DNA of 64,000 bases. It comes from Gemmatimonadaceae bacterium (GTDB lineage Bacteria; Gemmatimonadota; Gemmatimonadetes; Gemmatimonadales; Gemmatimonadaceae). The translations under genes were made by a program, and so were the position numbers. The DNA is taken from positions 7,251 to 71,250 of the forward strand of contig DATHHC010000042.1 in the NCBI GenBank assembly GCA_035317285.1, read 5' to 3'. The notes under the pieces are model-generated. The model was not told where the DNA came from. It did not search any database and saw nothing but the letters and a program-made list of their open reading frames with translations. Below, in pieces: positions 58,033-64,000 of the stretch. The stretch's first letter is position 1; every line of letters begins with the position of its first letter.

Positions 58033-58980
58033 ATGCATTTGCTTTCGCAGATGGGATTCGGCCACTGGACTGGCTTTGTCGGGTGGTTCGTCTCCCTTGC
58101 AACCGTTCTCGGTCTCGCGCTCGTCATTCGTCACGAGCGGCGTCAGGCACGTAGCCTGGTTGAGCGGTCGAAGGAGCTGGAGAGATTGTCCTCCGAGCTG
58201 CTGCGCGTGAACCGCATGAAAAGTGAGTTCCTGGCAAATGTATCGCACGAGCTCCGAACTCCGCTGAACGCCATTGTCGGCTTTGTAGATCTGTTGCGGG
58301 AAGGAGTGTACGGGGAGCTTGCTCCCCGCCAGGTAAAACCGGTCGAGCGCATTGAAGCCTCAGCGAACCATCTGCGACACCTGGTTGATCAGGTCCTCGA
58401 TCTCGCAAAGATGGCTGCCGGCCGCCTCGAGATTCACACGGAGAATATTGATTTACGACCGTTCGTGCTCGATGTGGCAAGCGAAATAGAGTCGCTGGTG
58501 AGTGAGAAAAACCTGCATCTATCACTCGTAATGGGGGCAGCTCTTCCGCGCATTAGAACTGACCCAACGCATTTGCGACAGATCCTCGTGAATCTTTTGG
58601 GAAATGCGGTGAAGTACACGAACGAGGGTGGAATCATCATTCGCACTCGCCTCGTCGACACCCTCCCGGAGGGCGGGCCTGGTTCCGTCGACCGCAGCTC
58701 CTATCCAACGAACCCCTGGATCGGCATCCAGGTAATCGATACCGGAATCGGGATTGACCCGGCGGATCAAAGTCGGATTTTCGATGAATTCGAGCAGATC
58801 AACGCAGGCCCTCGAGGCAACTCCGCGGAGCGCGGCACCGGACTCGGGCTCGCAATCTCTCGCCGGCTTGCCGCGTTGATCGGCGGAATGGTGGAGCTCG
58901 AAAGCGATGTCGGCAAAGGCTCGACTTTTACACTCTGGCTGCCGGTCGACCCCGATGACTTATCGGTTGCGCCGAAGTAG
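58033..58980 (+). CDS. Sensor histidine kinase, single TM, minimal input domain
   Basis: SHELRTPL, NLLGNAVKY, DTGIGI, GTGLGL, GKGSTF; start ATG 58033 (or TTG 58024). Confidence 0.92.
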   Translation: MHLLSQMGFGHWTGFVGWFVSLATVLGLALVIRHERRQARSLVERSKELERLSSELLRVNRMKSEFLANVSHELRTPLNAIVGFVDLLREGVYGELAPRQVKPVERIEASANHLRHLVDQVLDLAKMAAGRLEIHTENIDLRPFVLDVASEIESLVSEKNLHLSLVMGAALPRIRTDPTHLRQILVNLLGNAVKYTNEGGIIIRTRLVDTLPEGGPGSVDRSSYPTNPWIGIQVIDTGIGIDPADQSRIFDEFEQINAGPRGNSAERGTGLGLAISRRLAALIGGMVELESDVGKGSTFTLWLPVDPDDLSVAPK

Positions 58981-59868
58981 CCCTTTGAACTTATCCAGAA
59001 TCTTTGGTTGGTCTGGCGGGATGCTCGCGGCTTCAGAGAAAGCGTTTGCAAAAGCCATCACACTCGGATACCTGGCTACAGGCGCCCGGGAAAGAGCACG
59101 CATGACTACAGCGTCCAGCTCCGGCGAGAACTCAAGGCCTCCTTCTCCTGCGTCCTTGAGCGGAATGGGAGGCATTGTCAGGAGCTGAGTGAACATTTCG
59201 CGGGGCGCCTTGGCGGTGTACGGCAAACAACGCGTCAGCAGAAAATAGGCGATAGTGGCGAGACTGTACTGGTCAGCCGCGGCTGTTACGATTTCGCCCG
59301 ACAGGGCTTCGGGGGCGATATACATGAGCGTGCCGACAAAGAACCCCGCTCGGGTGAGGCGCTCGTCATTCGAAGCCTGCGTATCGGTCGCAATTCCGAA
59401 GTCGAGAAGCTTCACACGCCTGGTCTTCGGGTCATACATCACGTTTTCGGGCTTCAGGTCACGATGCACGATGTTCGCATCGTGGGCCGCCTGCACGCCG
59501 GCGGCTATCTGTGAGACGATGGTTGCGACTTCGTCTGCGGGAAGGGGCGCGTTCTGTTTGGCATAGCGCTCCAGGATATCACCCTCGGCCCACTCGATCG
59601 CGAGAAAATGGAGACCGTTGTCAGCCTCTCCTATCTCGATCGTCTCGACGACATTGGGGTGTTTCACGCGGGCGCCGTACTTCGCCTCGCGCACGAACCG
59701 AGTTACGGCCGTCTTGTCCTGACGCAGCTTTTCCCGTAGCACTTTGAGTGCGACGGTGCCATGATTGGGATGCTCGGCAAGATACACGGCGGATGTACCG
59801 CCTTCACCGACCTCTTTCTTGATTGCGTAGCCAGCGACCGAAGCACCTACCATTTGTTCTCGAGACAC
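58960..59868 (-). CDS. Hanks-type Ser/Thr protein kinase, catalytic domain only
   Basis: GEGGTSAVY, VALK, HRDLKPEN, DFG, GTLMYIAPE. Confidence 0.93.
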   Translation of the reverse strand: MSREQMVGASVAGYAIKKEVGEGGTSAVYLAEHPNHGTVALKVLREKLRQDKTAVTRFVREAKYGARVKHPNVVETIEIGEADNGLHFLAIEWAEGDILERYAKQNAPLPADEVATIVSQIAAGVQAAHDANIVHRDLKPENVMYDPKTRRVKLLDFGIATDTQASNDERLTRAGFFVGTLMYIAPEALSGEIVTAAADQYSLATIAYFLLTRCLPYTAKAPREMFTQLLTMPPIPLKDAGEGGLEFSPELDAVVMRALSRAPVARYPSVMAFANAFSEAASIPPDQPKILDKFKGLLRRNR

Positions 59869-59918
59869 GCCGCGAAACTAATAGAAACCGGCAACACCGG
59901 ATAGGGTATTATCGCCTC

Positions 59919-61304
59919 ATGCTGATTTCTTCCAAATATTGTTTTGGGCTGCTTTTCCTTTGGACCACCGTCCTCAGTAGCTGCAGTTCCTCGCCTTCGC
60001 GCGCGAACAACCCGCCAAATCCGAGAATAATCCCCCCAGCGGGAACCCCACCACAGGATGTCAGTGAGCTCTATCGGGAGATCGGATTGCTGGCTGCTCC
60101 CGGCCCCGTGGCGTTCGTGGGAAAGGTTTCGTCCTTTGCGAGTGCGTTCCCCGACACGACCCTCGTTCTGGTGAGCATCTCGATTCCCAACCATGCACTC
60201 ACGTTTACCCGGGAAGGCGATCGGTATCGGGCTCCTTACGAAGTGAAGCTCAGCCTCAACCGAGGCGACATAGAGGCGGCGAGCGTCAATGCCATGGAGA
60301 TCGTTCGTGTCGGATCGTTCCGGGAAGTAAACCGAACCGATGAGAGCATCATTTTCCAGCACTATTTCCATGTAGCGCCCGGGACGTACGCGCTTTCAGC
60401 GATGGTGCGTGATGTCGGCGGCTCGCGAGGTGCGACTCAGCAGGCAACGATCAATGTCCCCGCGCTTGGAACGGGCCGCCTTTCCACGCCACTCCTCGTC
60501 TACGAGGCGGCCGGGAGGTCGACCTTCGACTCCGCGCCGGGCCTGCTTGCCAGCCCTCGTTCGAGTGCGGTCTTCGGTCGAGACAGCACAGTGGCGATCT
60601 ACATCGAGGCTTACGGGCAGGGAACTCGCCTGCCGGTCTATTTTGTCGTTCGCAGTGGCAAGGGAGCACAGCTATGGCGTGATTCAACCACGTTGGCACG
60701 CCGGGGCGCCATGTTCAGTGGTGTCGTAAACGTGCCCATCTCGACCGTGGGTGTCGGCATCGCCCAGGTGTTGTTTACCCGGCGAGACGCATCCGACAGC
60801 GCCAAAGCTCCATTGTTCGTGAGCTTTGGTGAGGACATTCCCCTCATGTCGTTCGAAGATATGCTGGGCTACTTGCGATTCTTTGCGAGCCCCGGCCGTC
60901 TCAGCGGGCTTCGAAATGCTGCGCCGGAGAGACGTGCAACCATGTGGGCAGAATTCCTCCGCGCGACCGATCCGATCCCGGAAACCGCCATCAACGAGGA
61001 CATGCAGGCCTATTTTGGCCGGATTCAGGTGGCGAATGCTCAATTCAGAATGGACCGGAATCCCGGTTGGCTGTCAGACCGCGGAATGGTGTTCGTGTCC
61101 CTGGGAGAGCCCGATCAGGTCGTGGAGCGAAACGTGAATGGCACGGTCTCGAACCAACAGATGGGAAATACGACGCGCCTCCAGGTCTGGCAGTATCGCA
61201 ATTACAGCTCGCAGCTGGTCTTCTACGAAGAGACCGGAAGGTGGAGGCTGACCAGACCCAGCGAGACGGAGTTTCTCGCGCTTAACGCCCGGCGGCAACG
61301 ATAG
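59919..61304 (+). CDS. GWxTD domain lipoprotein
   Basis: Lipobox LSSC; GWLSDRGMVFVSLGEPD, QVWQY. Confidence 0.85.
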   Translation: MLISSKYCFGLLFLWTTVLSSCSSSPSRANNPPNPRIIPPAGTPPQDVSELYREIGLLAAPGPVAFVGKVSSFASAFPDTTLVLVSISIPNHALTFTREGDRYRAPYEVKLSLNRGDIEAASVNAMEIVRVGSFREVNRTDESIIFQHYFHVAPGTYALSAMVRDVGGSRGATQQATINVPALGTGRLSTPLLVYEAAGRSTFDSAPGLLASPRSSAVFGRDSTVAIYIEAYGQGTRLPVYFVVRSGKGAQLWRDSTTLARRGAMFSGVVNVPISTVGVGIAQVLFTRRDASDSAKAPLFVSFGEDIPLMSFEDMLGYLRFFASPGRLSGLRNAAPERRATMWAEFLRATDPIPETAINEDMQAYFGRIQVANAQFRMDRNPGWLSDRGMVFVSLGEPDQVVERNVNGTVSNQQMGNTTRLQVWQYRNYSSQLVFYEETGRWRLTRPSETEFLALNARRQR

Positions 61305-61340
61305 CACGAGTCTTCGGACAGGGCTCGCCTAGTCTCCAGG

Positions 61341-61381
61341 AAACGCCCTCGTGCCCCAGCTAAAACGAGGGCGTTTATATT
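61341..61381 (+). terminator. Hairpin/terminator overlapping the polA -10 element
   Basis: AAACGCCCTCGT/ACGAGGGCGTTT 12-bp stem, then TATATT. Confidence 0.6.
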
Positions 61382-61387
61382 GACTCC

Positions 61388-64000
61388 ATGAAAGGTCCAG
61401 ACAGCCCGCGACTGTTCCTGGTCGATGGTTATGCCCTCATCTATCGCGCTTTTTTCGCGCTAATTTCGCGGCCCCTGACTACAAGCAAAGGCGAGAACAC
61501 TTCAGCCAGCTGGGGGATCGCCAATTTTCTGCAGCGCCTCATCACCAAGCATCAGCCGGACTATCTTGGCTGGGTGCATGACTCCGGCCTCTCTTTTCGG
61601 CACGAGCGTTATCCGGCCTACAAGGCCACGCGTGAAAAGCTCACAGAGGAGCTTCAGTCCGATTTCGATCGTGGAATGGAGCGCATCAAGCAGATTCTCG
61701 ATGCCTACCGGATTCCGATCCTGACCCTGCCCGGCTACGAAGCGGACGATGTGATCGGGACGCTCGTTGCAAGAAGCGTCGAAGCGGGAGTCAATGTTGT
61801 CGTGATATCGGGTGACAAGGATTTTCAGCAGCTGGTGAAGCCGGGAGTCTGGCTGTTGAATCCAGGGCGCGGCGGACCCGCAAATGTCGAGGAGCATTGG
61901 GTGGGAGTCGAGAACGCAGACGAGCGTCTTGGCGTCTCTCCCGAGTTTGTGACCGACTATCTCGCGCTGGTTGGTGATTCATCGGACAATATTCCTGGCG
62001 TGAGGGGAATAGGCGACAAGACTGCCCTCGAGCTTGTAAAGCAGTACGGGCACCTCGAGTCGATCCTCGCGCACGCCGGGGACCTTACCAAAAAGCGTCC
62101 GCGAGAAGCGCTTCTCGAGCATGCCGATAATGCCCGACTCTCGAAAGAATTAGTAACAATTCGCACCGATCTCGAAGTCCCGTTCGACCTTGAGTCGCTC
62201 AGGATTAAATCCCCAGACCACCACCGGCTTCGCGACCTGTTCATAGAGCTGGAATTTCACGGGTTGGCGAAGGACAGTGCCGTCCAGGCGCCGGATTCTG
62301 AGGAGAAGCCGAAAAAGCTGGTCAACTATTCGACTGTCGATTCGCTCGAGCTCCTGAAACAGGCCATCAGTCGTGCGCACGAAGCGAAAGTCATAGCCCT
62401 GGACATTGAAGCCGCGGTGGACTCGGACAGTCCACAGGTAGCCGATCCCCTACGCTCTTCGATTATCTCAATCTCGATCGCCGTCGGCGAAGGAGAAGCG
62501 TACTACTTGCCGCTCCGCCACCGGTTGTCACGAAACGGCCAGGGCGAACTCCTTGTCGATGCCGCCGGAGATCGATCCGCAACGGACGCACCCGAAGATC
62601 GCGGCCTCATCCGAGGCGGGGACGAAGTGTTTCCGGAACCGCCGGCAAAAAAAAGGAAGACGAATGATGATTCGTTGAGTATTGCCGCCAGGCTGCTCCG
62701 GCAAAACCGGCCGAAACACGTTCGCAATCTTCCGTCTCTCGACGCGCCCGAGATGAAACCGCTCAGGGATCTGCTCGAAGACCCGTCAGTGCGGAAGACT
62801 GCCCAGAACGCCAAGTTCGACATGCTGGCACTTCGTTCCGCCGGAGTTCAACTCGCCGGGTTGGATTTTGATACGATGCTTGCGAGCTACGTTCTCGACC
62901 CGGGTCGCAGGTCCCACGGTCTCGATGTGCTGGCGCTCGAGTTTCTCGATCACACCATGACATCGTACGCAGATCTTTGCGGTAAAGGCCGTTCGGTGAT
63001 TCCATTCGACGAATGTCCGGTTGAAGCCGCTCGCGACTACTCATGCGAAGATGCGGACATGACTCTGCGCCTTCGGAAGGTATTCGAGCCTCAACTCGAA
63101 TCGCACGAGCTGACGCGGCTGCTCGATGGCGTCGAGATTCCCTTGATCACAGTCCTGGCCGAGATGGAGTGGACGGGAATAGCAATCGACCTTCCATGGT
63201 TCTCCTCACTCAAGCAGCGCTTTCAGACAGAGCGCGAAGCCGTGGAGAAACAGATCTACGAAACAGCTGGAACAGAGTTCAACATCAACTCCAATCCTCA
63301 GCTGCGTGAGATTCTTTTCGAAAAACTCAATCTGCCGATTCTGAAACGAACGAGTACGGGCCCTTCGACCGATGCCAGCGTTCTCACGGAGCTGGCCGAA
63401 GAGGGCCACGTGCTGCCGACACTCCTGATGGAATATCGAGAGCTGTCGAAGCTCGAAAACACCTATCTCGACACGCTTCCGCGCCTCGTCAACCCGAAAA
63501 CGAAACGGCTGCATACCTCGTACAATCAAACCGTTGCTTCAACCGGGCGGCTGTCGTCGGGTGAGCCGAATCTTCAGAATATTCCGATCCGGCGTGAGTT
63601 GGGTCGCGACATTCGACGCGGTTTTATTCCGCGGAAAGGCTGGCAGCTCATGGCCGCGGATTACTCACAGATCGAGCTCCGCCTTCTCGCGCACCTTTCC
63701 CGGGACCCAGCGTTTGTGGAAGCGTTTCAGGCCGGCGGCGATATCCACCGGCAGACAGCTGCGCTCATCTTTGATGTACCGCTGGCGGAAGTAACGAGCA
63801 CAATGCGTGGCCGTGCTAAAACGATCAATTTCGCCACGATCTACGGTCAGGGCCCACACGCCCTTTCCAGGCAACTTGGCATTGAGCATGCCGAGGCGAA
63901 GGAGTTCATTGCCCGCTACTTCGAGCGCTTTCAGGGTGTGCGGAACTATCTGGATGCGATGGTCGCATTCGCTCGCGAGAATGGATATGTGCAAACGATC
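61388..64000 (+). CDS. polA: DNA polymerase I; partial, runs off right edge
   Basis: Manual translation: MKGPDSPRLFLVDGYALIYRAFFA, GYEADDVIG, GDSSDNIPGV, TGRLSS, ADYSQIELR, AKTINFATIYG. Confidence 0.97.
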   Translation, partial: MKGPDSPRLFLVDGYALIYRAFFALISRPLTTSKGENTSASWGIANFLQRLITKHQPDYLGWVHDSGLSFRHERYPAYKATREKLTEELQSDFDRGMERIKQILDAYRIPILTLPGYEADDVIGTLVARSVEAGVNVVVISGDKDFQQLVKPGVWLLNPGRGGPANVEEHWVGVENADERLGVSPEFVTDYLALVGDSSDNIPGVRGIGDKTALELVKQYGHLESILAHAGDLTKKRPREALLEHADNARLSKELVTIRTDLEVPFDLESLRIKSPDHHRLRDLFIELEFHGLAKDSAVQAPDSEEKPKKLVNYSTVDSLELLKQAISRAHEAKVIALDIEAAVDSDSPQVADPLRSSIISISIAVGEGEAYYLPLRHRLSRNGQGELLVDAAGDRSATDAPEDRGLIRGGDEVFPEPPAKKRKTNDDSLSIAARLLRQNRPKHVRNLPSLDAPEMKPLRDLLEDPSVRKTAQNAKFDMLALRSAGVQLAGLDFDTMLASYVLDPGRRSHGLDVLALEFLDHTMTSYADLCGKGRSVIPFDECPVEAARDYSCEDADMTLRLRKVFEPQLESHELTRLLDGVEIPLITVLAEMEWTGIAIDLPWFSSLKQRFQTEREAVEKQIYETAGTEFNINSNPQLREILFEKLNLPILKRTSTGPSTDASVLTELAEEGHVLPTLLMEYRELSKLENTYLDTLPRLVNPKTKRLHTSYNQTVASTGRLSSGEPNLQNIPIRRELGRDIRRGFIPRKGWQLMAADYSQIELRLLAHLSRDPAFVEAFQAGGDIHRQTAALIFDVPLAEVTSTMRGRAKTINFATIYGQGPHALSRQLGIEHAEAKEFIARYFERFQGVRNYLDAMVAFARENGYVQTI

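Noticed and set aside
62646-62656. A8 run in polA as a programmed frameshift or sequencing error
   Set aside because: The frame stays open and conserved motifs continue downstream; no stimulatory element recognised.

Overview
Chromosomal core region of a GC-rich bacterium that spans the replication origin. Gene content and protein style suggest Gemmatimonadota (inference). The origin block is mnmE-MBL hydrolase-yidC-yidD-rnpA-rpmH <> dnaA-oriC-dnaN. It is followed not by recF/gyrB but by a lipoprotein gene and rnpB (RNase P RNA), then an AraC/pyrE/His-kinase/Ser-Thr-kinase/GWxTD block and polA (partial). Leftwards lies a long minus-strand run: M16 peptidase pairs, NUDIX, ECF sigma/anti-sigma, holA, SPOR, mutS, TonB-C, CBS, ddl, rhomboid, queF and tRNA-Phe. 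Beyond that are accessory genes: M28 peptidase, HxlR/YceI, PIG-L, a 2765-aa cyclic beta-1,2-glucan synthase, FAD-Rieske, ComEC-like MBL/DUF3006, kynB-like cyclase, tkt, mhqO/D-like genes, PAS-GGDEF and a VIT protein. I found no mobile elements, CRISPR arrays or prophage. The most interesting signals are: a beta-clamp-motif-like QMDFF in the DnaA linker; an rnpA frame with no start codon of its own that is open through all of rpmH; TANNNT boxes 6-8 nt before nine start codons (leaderless-type, including dnaA, holA and polA); and a full sigma54/IHF/enhancer-like promoter upstream of an ECF sigma factor. All calls come from reading the sequence; no searches were run.
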